A stretch of DNA of 64,000 nt from Anaerofustis stercorihominis (GTDB lineage Bacteria > Bacillota > Clostridia > Eubacteriales > Anaerofustaceae): the NCBI GenBank assembly GCA_015058295.1, contig SVCP01000004.1:4040-68039 (forward strand), given 5' to 3'. Under the pieces are notes generated by a model that worked only from the letters and a program-made list of their open reading frames with translations, made no database searches and was not told where the DNA came from. This document shows positions 27,999 through 37,495 of the stretch, piece by piece. How positions within the stretch are numbered: position 1 is the stretch's first letter; each line of letters begins with the position of its first letter. The position numbers and the translations under genes were made by a program.

Positions 27999-30815
27999 AT
28001 GAGTGACGACAAAAATAATTTACCGGCAGTGACAGACGATAACAATAAAAAATCAAAAAGTAAAAAAGGGAAAAAGTCAAAACAGAAGAAGGGACTTGCC
28101 GTATGGAAGAAAGTCATACTGGTAGCATTTTTCCTGTGCTGTATTGTCGGATTCATCGGAATAGGGGTTGTTGCATCCATTATGATGCAGGCACCTCCTC
28201 TTGATACCACGAAATTTGAATTTACATCATCAACTATGGTATACGATATCAACGGAAAGGAATATCAGGAGCTTGAAACCACAGAAAAGCGTATCCCTGT
28301 TGATATTGAGGAAATTCCCGAACTCGTTCAGCTGGCATTCATATCCATCGAAGACCAGCGATTCTATTCTCATCAGGGTGTTGACATAAGAGGTACGGGT
28401 AAAGCCATCGTACAGGTTCTCACACAAGGCAACCTTGACGGCCCCGGAGGAAGTACCATTACCCAGCAGCTCATCAAGCTTACGCACCTTTCAAGTGAAA
28501 AGCTTGTCACAAGAAAGCTTATGGAGTGGAAGCTCGCATACGAAACCGAGCAGAATCTGTCAAAAAGAGAAGTTCTCGAAGCATATCTCAACGAAGTAAA
28601 CATGCACCTGACATGGGGTATCCAGTCTGCAGCAAATCTGTATTTCGGAGTCGATGCTTCAGAGTTGTCAATCGCACAGAGTGCGGTTCTTGCATCTATA
28701 ATCAACTCTCCTGCATTTTATGTGCCGTATCGTTATGATACAGACGAAGAAGGGGATCGTTTCATTGTAACAACAAAAGATGAAGACGGAAACACAATTG
28801 TCGGACACGATTATGATAACCGCGACAGAGCTATTCTTGTTATTGACAAGATGCTTGAGCTTGGACATATCAGTAAGAAGGAGCATGAGATCGCTCTTGA
28901 TGAACTTGAAAATAACAAGATAGGCCTTATCCTTCCGAAGTTTACTTCAAGCTACACATACTTCACAGATGCTGTATATAACGAAGTTCTCGAAGATCTC
29001 GTGGAAGAATATGCGTATTCCGAATCTGATGCCATCGACCTTCTTCTTAACGGAGGTCTGAAGATATACTCTACTGTAGATCCGGTTATCCAGAAATCAC
29101 TGGAAAAACATGCGTCAAGTTCGTCAAACTTCCCGTCACAGAGTTATTCGGCCGAAAGAGCTTCCGCAGCTGTAACAAAGCAGACAGGTGTTGAAACTGA
29201 ATACATCGTTCAGGTCGGCGGGGCCATCATTGAGAACAAGACAGGTTATGTATCCGGTATTATCGGCGGAAGAGAGAAGACAGGCTCACTTTCTCTGAAC
29301 CGTGCGCTCAGAAAATTCCAGATCGGTTCGACGACGAAGCCTATGACAGTATATGCGGCAGGTCTTGATGCAGGAATACTTACCCTTGCGTCCACATTCA
29401 ACAATGTAAGAATGAACTTCGGTTCGTGGACAGTTGTAAACACACCGTCAACATATACGGGCATGATGTCCGTAAGGGATGCCATAGTCGGATCTGTAAA
29501 CATAGTTGCAGTACTTGCTCAGAAAAAAGTCGGAGTTGATATATCTGCAGAATATGCGGAACGTTTTGGTCTTGAAATCGCAAGAGAAGGTGATGCAAAC
29601 GATATGAACTCTGCGGCGCTCGCTCTCGGAGGTTATACTTATGGTCAGACACCGCTTTCGGTTGCTGCGGCATACACAACATTCCCGAACGGCGGTTACA
29701 GAGTAACCCCCACATTCTATACAAGAGTCGAAGATTCAAACGGTACGATCATACTTGAATCTGCACAGGAAACGGTTCAGGTAATCAGTGAAGATACAGC
29801 ATGGCTCATTACGAGCTGCCTCAGAGAGGTTGTCCGTGGCGGAACGACCACAAGAAGTGTTCCCGGACAGCAGATGGGCGGAAAAACAGGTACAACAGAC
29901 TCCAACGGTGTAACTTGGTTCGTCGGATTTACTCCGAGATATACAGGTGCTTTCTGGTACGGATATGACCAGCAGAGAGTAACTGTGGGTAAGACAACAT
30001 ATGAACTCAATGTCGGAATCGGCGGCGGTGGTTCACGAAGCCCCGCACAGCTTTGGGAAAAAGTATTCCGTGAATTCTATGATAAGAAAGATCTCCCCGA
30101 TGAAAAGCTCCCGTCAAGACCGAGCAATGTATATTCTGCGGCGGTAGATGCTGTTTCCGGACTTGCTCCCACAGAGCTTACGGAAAAAGACCCGAGAGGA
30201 AGCAAAGTTGTCAGCGAGTACTTCGCAAAGGGAACATATCCCTCCGAAGCGGACAATATGCATAAGGAAATTGAAGTCTGCGCAATTACGGGAAAACTTC
30301 CCAACGAACATTGTGTAACAGAAAAGAAAGTATTCGTTGTCAAGGATCCTAAACTTCTGTATCCTGACGGAACGAGGGTTACCAGCGGACATTACGGCTC
30401 GAGTGAAAAGAAGATCGCTCCGCCGTCAGCAAAGGATGTATGTAAAGAATGTACCGCAACAGGCACCATCGAAGGATTTATTTTCTCGAACCGATATGCG
30501 GCAAACTCTGCAGTGAATGCTGTAACGCTTGATGTAGGAGAAGATATGACACTGTATCTGAAGACCATCAACAGAGGCGGTGAGATTGCAAATCTCACAA
30601 AGGAAACACCGACATACTCTTCCGACAACACTTCAGTATGTACTGTGAGCAACCAATCAATGGGTATTCTGATTAAAGGGGTCAGCGCAGGAACCACGAC
30701 AATCACCGCAAGATATACCTATCATCCGGGTACAGCAGCAGAATACACCATAAGCAAGTCAATTACCGTAACGGTAGAAGATAACAGGATTATTCTGCCA
30801 CCTGTAACGGAATAG
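27999..30815 (+). CDS. class A penicillin-binding protein (transglycosylase + transpeptidase) with a C-terminal Ig-like extension
   Basis: GT51 motifs (EDQRFYSHQG, GGSTITQQ), transpeptidase SxxK (GSTTKP), KTGT, an N-terminal TM anchor, and an AAGGAGG RBS. Confidence 0.9.
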   Translation: MSDDKNNLPAVTDDNNKKSKSKKGKKSKQKKGLAVWKKVILVAFFLCCIVGFIGIGVVASIMMQAPPLDTTKFEFTSSTMVYDINGKEYQELETTEKRIPVDIEEIPELVQLAFISIEDQRFYSHQGVDIRGTGKAIVQVLTQGNLDGPGGSTITQQLIKLTHLSSEKLVTRKLMEWKLAYETEQNLSKREVLEAYLNEVNMHLTWGIQSAANLYFGVDASELSIAQSAVLASIINSPAFYVPYRYDTDEEGDRFIVTTKDEDGNTIVGHDYDNRDRAILVIDKMLELGHISKKEHEIALDELENNKIGLILPKFTSSYTYFTDAVYNEVLEDLVEEYAYSESDAIDLLLNGGLKIYSTVDPVIQKSLEKHASSSSNFPSQSYSAERASAAVTKQTGVETEYIVQVGGAIIENKTGYVSGIIGGREKTGSLSLNRALRKFQIGSTTKPMTVYAAGLDAGILTLASTFNNVRMNFGSWTVVNTPSTYTGMMSVRDAIVGSVNIVAVLAQKKVGVDISAEYAERFGLEIAREGDANDMNSAALALGGYTYGQTPLSVAAAYTTFPNGGYRVTPTFYTRVEDSNGTIILESAQETVQVISEDTAWLITSCLREVVRGGTTTRSVPGQQMGGKTGTTDSNGVTWFVGFTPRYTGAFWYGYDQQRVTVGKTTYELNVGIGGGGSRSPAQLWEKVFREFYDKKDLPDEKLPSRPSNVYSAAVDAVSGLAPTELTEKDPRGSKVVSEYFAKGTYPSEADNMHKEIEVCAITGKLPNEHCVTEKKVFVVKDPKLLYPDGTRVTSGHYGSSEKKIAPPSAKDVCKECTATGTIEGFIFSNRYAANSAVNAVTLDVGEDMTLYLKTINRGGEIANLTKETPTYSSDNTSVCTVSNQSMGILIKGVSAGTTTITARYTYHPGTAAEYTISKSITVTVEDNRIILPPVTE

Positions 30816-30836
30816 TTAATTACAGAAATAACGCAT

Positions 30837-30870
30837 AACACCACAGACTGATCTGTCTGTGGTGTTTTTA
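30837..30870 (+). terminator. rho-independent terminator after the PBP gene (left boundary of the island)
   Basis: AACACCACAGAC / GTCTGTGGTGTT stem followed by TTTA. Confidence 0.8.
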
Positions 30871-30994
30871 TGTGATTGATTATATGTGGATGGAATATTA
30901 TTGACACCCTGAGGTATAAAATATGCCTGTTTATATAATTATTTTCCGAAATATCATGCAGATTCCGTTATACATATCATACAGGAGGTCAGAT

Positions 30995-31693
30995 ATGTAT
31001 AACAGTATTTATAATTTACCGTCATTTTTTTACAGCGCTGCAACCGGTATCGGCAATATATCCGAAAGGATCTGTAACAGCATATACTACAGCCTTAATA
31101 ATATCTCCCGCAGAGTTTCACGAAGCAGAAGAAATTCTTACGGAGGCAGAAGAAATTCCGATACACATATATTCCGCGGACTTGTTACTTCATTAAATCC
31201 TGTGGGAAGATACAGGACTACGCTTCAGAAAATATCAGATGCGTTGTTCCTGGGTATTCCGTATACGATTGGATTCAGTGCATACAGTCTGCGATTCAGA
31301 GTCGAAAAGATCGATGATTACGGCAGGTATACAGATGATATAAGGGATTTTGTGTTTTTCGGTGATCTGGAAGGCGTCATTCAGCTCGGGAGCGAAGTTT
31401 CCGTCAGAAGTGACTCTTCCGGCAGAGTGAAAAGTGTACTTGTTCACGATACAGGAAGGGAATACCGACCTGCATCTGCATTGTCGGTAGTTCTTATCAG
31501 GGTTGCTGCCATATTGGCAGTCGCATTGTTCATAATGTTTATAGTGTCTGTTGTCAACGGGACGCTATTTGCTTTTCTCGGTGCATTTTTCGGTGGGATT
31601 TTTTCTGCGTTCGGTATGATGCTCATGTACCTTATGCCGTATGCGGTGTGTTTTATGATTGTTTATTATATTTTCAGGGGGATATTCAGCTGA
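30995..31693 (+). CDS. hypothetical membrane protein (soluble N-terminal domain plus 2-3 C-terminal TM helices)
   Basis: ATG at 30995 after AGGAGG; an alternative start at 30923 follows GAGGT. Hydrophobic C-terminal third. Confidence 0.55.
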   Translation: MYNSIYNLPSFFYSAATGIGNISERICNSIYYSLNNISRRVSRSRRNSYGGRRNSDTHIFRGLVTSLNPVGRYRTTLQKISDALFLGIPYTIGFSAYSLRFRVEKIDDYGRYTDDIRDFVFFGDLEGVIQLGSEVSVRSDSSGRVKSVLVHDTGREYRPASALSVVLIRVAAILAVALFIMFIVSVVNGTLFAFLGAFFGGIFSAFGMMLMYLMPYAVCFMIVYYIFRGIFS

Positions 31694-31695
31694 GT

Positions 31696-34185
31696 ATGGA
31701 AATGAGTTTCAGACAACGACAGAGTAAGTATATAAACGATGCGCCATCGCTGATAAATGCCATTACAGGAAAAATGCAGAGCGCAGGGACAATCGACAGA
31801 TATTTTTCTCCCGCAGAATTCCCCTGTATCACAAAAATACATGGGTACCGTTCGGCAGAAGACAAAGATATTGATAAAGACAGATGTATTTCGTTTATTA
31901 AATCCGTTGCGGAATATGACAGAGATTTTTGTGTAATGTATATTTCCGAAAACGGACTGATAAACATATATATTGCTACAGAATTCCCGATTCACACGAT
32001 ACTCAGCCTGCTTCCGGGAATAAGGGCCGAAACAACCGGATTCCCCGTAAGATCTTTTTCTGCAATGAAAAGCTGCGGGGTCGTCAGGGGTAGGAGCAAT
32101 CTGTATTTTGATGCGGATAAACTGCTCAGGCATATGTCGGGAAAAAACTGCGCCGTTGTCGTGACATTTACACCTGTGAGCAAAGATGATCTGTCGGCCG
32201 AAAGAGAAGTACTTCATAATCTCAGCACAGTATATTCCTCCCTGGAAACAAATGAAATAAAGAATTACAAAGGGGATATAAGGCTGACAAATCCGACTGT
32301 GTCGCTTCTGAATGAAATATTATCCTGTGCCACAGACAGAGTAAATGAAGCTATGGGTACGGGAATGTATACCTGCAGTGCATTCTGCTTTGGTGAGAAT
32401 AAGGATGAGATGAATTCTCTTGTTAATGCGTATATTTCTTGTGCCGACAAAAAAAGTATTATCAACGATAATCTCCCGGATATATTCTGTGGAAAGAAAT
32501 TAATTTATACTGATATTTATCCCATAAAAAATGAGACCATCTGTGTTCCCGGCAATGATTCGTATATGATGTACGGTCTGAAGGTATTCGGCAGGGAGTT
32601 GTCTTCAGAGATTACACTGAACGAAATAAGTTCAGCTGTATCTCTTCCGGTGTACTCACATGCAGGGTTTTCTGTGGAAAAGATAAGCAAAACACCTGAT
32701 GAATATCACATTTTTGATGTGAATATACCACGGGGAAAGGAAGGAGATACTATTTCTCCCGGAATTATCGCAGAAGGGAATCAAGCTTTCTGTATAGATA
32801 TAAACAGGCTGACTTCACACATACTCAACTGCGGCACAACAGGCTCCGGAAAGAGTAATACGGGGAGGGTGATCATCGGTGAGCTTGTGAAAAACAACAT
32901 CCCCGTCCTTGTGCTCGAAAGCAAAAAGCGTGATTACTGGAAATTTGCGGTATCAAGGGGAGGAAGAGTATTTTCCGCAACAAATGATGCAGAGGCACTT
33001 TGCTTTAATCCTCTCATACCGCAACCGGGAACAGTGATCGCAAATCATATTGAAAAGCTGATAGTTGCGTTTTCCTCCCAGAGTACCAATTTTGAGTCCC
33101 CCTTGCCGGAAGTTCTCAAAGGGCTTCTGGAAATAACATACAACAAAGCGGGATTCAGTGTGGACGAGACCGCAACGAGACGCGAAAAAAGAATATATCC
33201 CACTCCGAAGGATATGTTTTCACTTATGGGAGAGTATATTGACTCCCTGCCGTATTCGGGGAAAGTCAAAGACGATGTTTACGGAGCATTAAAGATGAGG
33301 CTTTCAGAGCTTTCTTACGGGATGGGCGGAAGGATATTCAACACAGACAAGGCGATTAATTTTGACGAGTGGTTTTCTTCTCCGGTTACGGTGATAGAAC
33401 TCGACAGTCTGGAAGAAAAGACCTGCAGTTTTACCGTATCAATACTTTGCTGTATGCTTGACGAATATCTCAGATCTCGTCCGGAGAGCCATATTCTCAA
33501 GAGAATGATTGTTCTCGAAGAAGCACACAGATTTTTCGCAAACACAGAAAGAATGAATGCATCGACAGATACAAAAGGAATGATAAGTGCGTACTTTTCT
33601 GAAATGCTCTCTACCATCAGAAGCTATGGAACAGGAATGATGATTATTGATCAGTGTCCGTCACGGCTTGATGGCAGTGCAGTTGCGAATACCGCAGTGA
33701 AGATAGTTCATGCACTGTCCGACAAAAAAGATGCGGAGGCAGTGGAATATCATCTTTCGCTCAGTGAAGAACAGAAAAGATATCTGACAAACCTTCAGAC
33801 AGGCCATGCAGTGATAAAACTTTCGGGGATTTCGCAGTGTTGTCTTGTGAAAATAAATCAAGCAGAATCTGAAAACGAAAAACCGCATCACGGCTGTATG
33901 TTCTGTGAAAAAGGCAACTGCGTATTCTCCGCAGCGACTGACATCTTTTCTTCCGGCAGATTTCGTGCTTTGTGTGATGCTATGTCAGATGAACTTCGTG
34001 ATGACGGAGATATTGAGTGTGTTATCAGTCTGATCATCAGGTGTGCATCGGAGTTTTACAATAATGAAATGGATTGTAAAAAAGAATTTCTCACCTGCTT
34101 TGGAGGAATGCTAATAAGCAAATCCCGATATGCGAATGCCGCATTGCTGCGTAGGACGATGAAGGAGTTTGTAAGGAGGTTATAA
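31696..34185 (+). CDS. HerA/FtsK-superfamily P-loop ATPase (DUF87-like) with large unassigned N- and C-terminal regions
   Basis: Walker A GTTGSGKS (nt ~32833-32856) and Walker B MIVLEEAHRF (nt ~33505). Cys/His cluster HHGCMFCEKGNC near the C-terminus. Start uncertain (31696, 31702 or 31648). Confidence 0.7.
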   Translation: MEMSFRQRQSKYINDAPSLINAITGKMQSAGTIDRYFSPAEFPCITKIHGYRSAEDKDIDKDRCISFIKSVAEYDRDFCVMYISENGLINIYIATEFPIHTILSLLPGIRAETTGFPVRSFSAMKSCGVVRGRSNLYFDADKLLRHMSGKNCAVVVTFTPVSKDDLSAEREVLHNLSTVYSSLETNEIKNYKGDIRLTNPTVSLLNEILSCATDRVNEAMGTGMYTCSAFCFGENKDEMNSLVNAYISCADKKSIINDNLPDIFCGKKLIYTDIYPIKNETICVPGNDSYMMYGLKVFGRELSSEITLNEISSAVSLPVYSHAGFSVEKISKTPDEYHIFDVNIPRGKEGDTISPGIIAEGNQAFCIDINRLTSHILNCGTTGSGKSNTGRVIIGELVKNNIPVLVLESKKRDYWKFAVSRGGRVFSATNDAEALCFNPLIPQPGTVIANHIEKLIVAFSSQSTNFESPLPEVLKGLLEITYNKAGFSVDETATRREKRIYPTPKDMFSLMGEYIDSLPYSGKVKDDVYGALKMRLSELSYGMGGRIFNTDKAINFDEWFSSPVTVIELDSLEEKTCSFTVSILCCMLDEYLRSRPESHILKRMIVLEEAHRFFANTERMNASTDTKGMISAYFSEMLSTIRSYGTGMMIIDQCPSRLDGSAVANTAVKIVHALSDKKDAEAVEYHLSLSEEQKRYLTNLQTGHAVIKLSGISQCCLVKINQAESENEKPHHGCMFCEKGNCVFSAATDIFSSGRFRALCDAMSDELRDDGDIECVISLIIRCASEFYNNEMDCKKEFLTCFGGMLISKSRYANAALLRRTMKEFVRRL

Positions 34186-34187
34186 AT

Positions 34188-35045
34188 ATGCTTGATTTTT
34201 ACGATTATGATGATATTTACGAAACCCCGGTGTATAAAGATATACTGTCTGCAATTACAGATACGCCCACGGAATACGAAGAACTTTCTGATAATACACA
34301 AAAAAGCATTGTCGAAATGCTTGACACAGGAGAATATATCCATACATCATTCCGAATCAATGATATTTCTGATATAACAATGCAGGACTATGAACTTGCT
34401 CTGAAAACAAAGTCTCTGGCATACGAAATGCTGCAGAAGAGTGAACACGGAGCGGAAGGTCTCGGAAAGTATTCAGAATATATTTCCGATGTGGCGAATT
34501 ACAGAAGAGACTCGGGAGAAAACTTTCAGGGAGATCTTTTCCACGAGATCATCGCGGCAAAAGACGGGTTCAACGGTATTCCCCATGTTCTCGATGAAGA
34601 TGAATTTGAAGAAGCTTCCCGGGGAAAGACCCTCTTGTACAGAGGGCTTTCCGCTTCTCCTGACGGAAAGAGCGCATTTGAGATAAGCGAGGATTTCAAG
34701 TATTCGGACAGGTTCTATCATGGTCTCGGGCTTTACGGAAACGGAATATATATGAGTCCGAGAGAAGATATAGCTAGATGCTATTCTGACGGAAGCTATG
34801 GCAGCGGAATAACTGCATTTCTCGACAGCGATGCAAGGATAATAACTTATGAAGATCTCCTTGAACGAAAAAAAAGGATTGATCTTGACGACGGAACAGA
34901 TGCGGGCAGGCTCGCAAATGAGATAATCAGCGACAACGGAAGATTTGCGGAACTTTGCGGATACGATGCCGTGAGCCTTGACGGATATGCAGGGCAGGAA
35001 CATATACTTGTGCTTAACAGAAGCAAACTGACAGTGAAGAAATAA
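34188..35045 (+). CDS. ADP-ribosyltransferase-like protein (R-S-E clade-like fold; glutamate motif atypical)
   Basis: LLYRG (Arg codon 34641-34643), GIYMS, and GYAGQEHILVLNRS (34983-35024). The last resembles the GYAGE.E.LLN segment of C2/iota/C3-type ARTs as I recall it. GGAGG RBS. Confidence 0.5.
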   Translation: MLDFYDYDDIYETPVYKDILSAITDTPTEYEELSDNTQKSIVEMLDTGEYIHTSFRINDISDITMQDYELALKTKSLAYEMLQKSEHGAEGLGKYSEYISDVANYRRDSGENFQGDLFHEIIAAKDGFNGIPHVLDEDEFEEASRGKTLLYRGLSASPDGKSAFEISEDFKYSDRFYHGLGLYGNGIYMSPREDIARCYSDGSYGSGITAFLDSDARIITYEDLLERKKRIDLDDGTDAGRLANEIISDNGRFAELCGYDAVSLDGYAGQEHILVLNRSKLTVKK

Positions 35046-35076
35046 AAAACAGGTCATCATTGACCTGTTTTTTTTT
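35044..35076. terminator. bidirectional rho-independent terminator shared by the two convergent island operons
   Basis: AACAGGTCA / TGACCTGTT stem with an A-run before it and T7 after it. It fills the whole gap between the two stop codons. Confidence 0.85.
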
Positions 35077-35077
35077 A

Positions 35078-35878
35078 TTATATGATTCCTGACAGGAATA
35101 ATGCTGCTGCGCAGGACAGAATCAGCCTGCCGCAATATCTGTAAAACAGCGGAAATGTTTCCGAGCGGTTAAGCAGAAGCGGAACGGAAATCATCGTAAT
35201 AACAATGCCTGCGGAAACCGTAATGATATTTTCTGTTGTCAGCAACAGAACCAGAAATAATGGAAGAAACCATATTGACAGGTGGGAACCATATCTTTCA
35301 GAAAAAGAATATATGATTCTGTTTACGCATACTGACAACACACACGCCCCGAAGAATCCTGCCCATCCGCTGAGTGTTGATACCGTAGACGGAAATATTA
35401 CCCCGATGATGGTGAATAACAGCTGTATTGCAAGATATATATATGACAGTGTTATTCCGTTTTGTTGCCGGCTGAGAAGTTCATCGCTTTCCCTGCGGTC
35501 TGCGGAAGGTTGTCTTCTTTGTGTGTTTCTCCGTCGTGTTGTCTGTCGTGTTGTAGTGTCTGTTGAATTTCCGGAACTCTCATTCTGTGTATTTTGCGGC
35601 CTCTGAAGATATTCACTCCGGACTCTCGGATAATACACCTGTGCCGCATATTGGTTTGCGTGAATGCTCTGTGCTGTGATTGCGGATCTTGAATTATGGA
35701 TTCTTACGGGGAAAACATATCCGCAGTTGTGACACTGATCTTCTCCGCGAAGCAGATCCTCCTTGCATACAGGGCAGTGAGACCTCTTAGAGTTTCTTGG
35801 TTTTCGTCTGAATCCGCAATGAGGACAAAGACTGCGTGTCCGTTCGAATAATGTATTGCATGCGGGACAATGTATCAT
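35078..35878 (-). CDS. double zinc-ribbon protein with a disordered basic linker and a C-terminal multi-TM domain
   Basis: N-terminus CPAC..CPHC..CPVC..CHNCGYVFPV.IH aligns with the two upstream paralogs. About four hydrophobic segments. Confidence 0.65.
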   Translation of the reverse strand: MIHCPACNTLFERTRSLCPHCGFRRKPRNSKRSHCPVCKEDLLRGEDQCHNCGYVFPVRIHNSRSAITAQSIHANQYAAQVYYPRVRSEYLQRPQNTQNESSGNSTDTTTRQTTRRRNTQRRQPSADRRESDELLSRQQNGITLSYIYLAIQLLFTIIGVIFPSTVSTLSGWAGFFGACVLSVCVNRIIYSFSERYGSHLSIWFLPLFLVLLLTTENIITVSAGIVITMISVPLLLNRSETFPLFYRYCGRLILSCAAALFLSGII

Positions 35879-35881
35879 ACT

Positions 35882-36970
35882 CTATGCTCCGAATATAGCC
35901 GCAACGGATGGCGCCTGACACAGCATAAAATATGTAAAAGTGATGCATGCAGCAGCAATGGTCGGTGTATATATAGCCAGAAAGAATCCTTCCGACCACA
36001 GATGATGATATTCACTTCGGAAAATGAACAACTCCGTAAATCCGATAATGCATGTCAGGATCAACAGCACTGCCGCTGTGATATACTGCACTCCCGGACG
36101 GAATGTCCCTGCGAGAAGCCCGAGCCATAAAATTCCGAGAATGATATTCGGAAGTACACCGTCGGCAATGTGGCTTCTGTAGCATCTTGAGATATTATGC
36201 ACAGACATAAGAAAAACCAGTACACTTATCCCTACACACATATATGCAGGCCATCTCAGTTCAGGGAATTCGATTGCCCAGGTCTGATTGACGCAAAGGA
36301 GTGAGCAGAAAACTATATTCTCCATTACGTGCGCATATCCGTCTGTAACATGAAGACGGGTTTGTGACAGGAGAGCCTTGCTTTCTGCACTCCGCGTTCT
36401 TTGCATCAGTGAGGTCATTTCATTTTGTAATGCAACAACTTCTTCAGAAGAACCGGCATCACTTCGCAGTTCGTCCAATATGGCAGACATCGAGTTGATT
36501 TCATCCATAAGCATATCTGCCGTGCGGGTTCTTTCTTCCAGCTGAGATTTTACATATTCAAGTTCCGCACTGTTTTCATTTGCTTTTGATCTGTGAATAA
36601 GAAGCTCGTAGTTCAGTTCATCTATATTTTTCTGCAGATTTTTAAGTTGCTCATCTTTAAGGTCAAGTTCTTTTTTATATTTTCCGTTGACGTTTTCAAA
36701 GTATTTTATTTTCTGTGACGGGAGGATGGTCTTTTCCGAGTACTCTTCGGCAAGTTCTCTTACGTATTGGTCTGTATATTCTGTGCTGTGGACCACCGCC
36801 GGCAGAGTAAATCCGCATTCCGGACAGCTTTCGTCTGTGTGGGAGAGCTTTTCAAAACAGGACGGACAGTATCTTCCTTTTTTGCTGTCAGGAGCGATTC
36901 GGAAAGAACATTCCGGGCATATTTTTATTCCGTCAGGTATTTCACTGCCGCATATTTTACATTTTATCAT
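35882..36970 (-). CDS. double zinc-ribbon / coiled-coil / multi-TM protein
   Basis: CKIC..CPEC..CPSC..CPECGFTLPAVVH, then a ~130-aa heptad-rich region, then ~4 TM segments. AAAGGAG RBS. Confidence 0.65.
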   Translation of the reverse strand: MIKCKICGSEIPDGIKICPECSFRIAPDSKKGRYCPSCFEKLSHTDESCPECGFTLPAVVHSTEYTDQYVRELAEEYSEKTILPSQKIKYFENVNGKYKKELDLKDEQLKNLQKNIDELNYELLIHRSKANENSAELEYVKSQLEERTRTADMLMDEINSMSAILDELRSDAGSSEEVVALQNEMTSLMQRTRSAESKALLSQTRLHVTDGYAHVMENIVFCSLLCVNQTWAIEFPELRWPAYMCVGISVLVFLMSVHNISRCYRSHIADGVLPNIILGILWLGLLAGTFRPGVQYITAAVLLILTCIIGFTELFIFRSEYHHLWSEGFFLAIYTPTIAAACITFTYFMLCQAPSVAAIFGA

Positions 36971-36994
36971 GCAGAAAACTCCTTTCAGGGTAAA

Positions 36995-37495
36995 TTAAAG
37001 TTCAATACCCGAGTTGTAAAGTCTGTCTTTGAGTACATCCAGCTCCTGCTGTACTTCCCTGAGTTTTTCTCTGGTCAGTTCATATCTTTGTTTGTAGTAT
37101 TTTTCTGTATCGGACAGTTTTATACTCTCTGCATTTGCGGGAAGCTCCCCGTATTTTTCCTTGTGGTTTATGTTTGCGATGTCTTTTTCAGCGAGCATCT
37201 TTTCATATTGAGCTATCTTTTCTTTAAGATACTTTTCCTTTTTGCGGGGAATATAGTATGTGCCTGCATATGTTACGGCCTCCGTTGTCACACGGGCGAG
37301 AACTTCGGGTGTGGGATGAATAATTACCGGGAAAGTATATCCGCATTCATCGCAGATCTCCTCACCTTTTTTTACGTTGTGATTGCAGGAGGGGCAGTAT
37401 GGTTTATTTTTATCTTCCGGTAAAAATCGGAATGAGCAAGAACATACCTCTGTTTTTACAGGAACTTCTTTTTCGCAGACAGGGCATTTTTTCAT
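36995..37495 (-). CDS. double zinc-ribbon / coiled-coil protein (soluble)
   Basis: CPVC..CSC..CPSC..CDECGYTFPVIIH, then a K/E-rich helical region. 4-nt overlap with the upstream radical SAM gene. Confidence 0.6.
   Translation of the reverse strand: MKKCPVCEKEVPVKTEVCSCSFRFLPEDKNKPYCPSCNHNVKKGEEICDECGYTFPVIIHPTPEVLARVTTEAVTYAGTYYIPRKKEKYLKEKIAQYEKMLAEKDIANINHKEKYGELPANAESIKLSDTEKYYKQRYELTREKLREVQQELDVLKDRLYNSGIEL

Noticed and set aside
30901-30939. Promoter for the plus-strand island operon (TTGACA at 30901, TATAAT at 30934)
   Set aside because: The spacing between the two hexamers is 27 nt, and no alternative pairing gives a 16-18-nt spacer. The promoter cannot be called from sequence alone.
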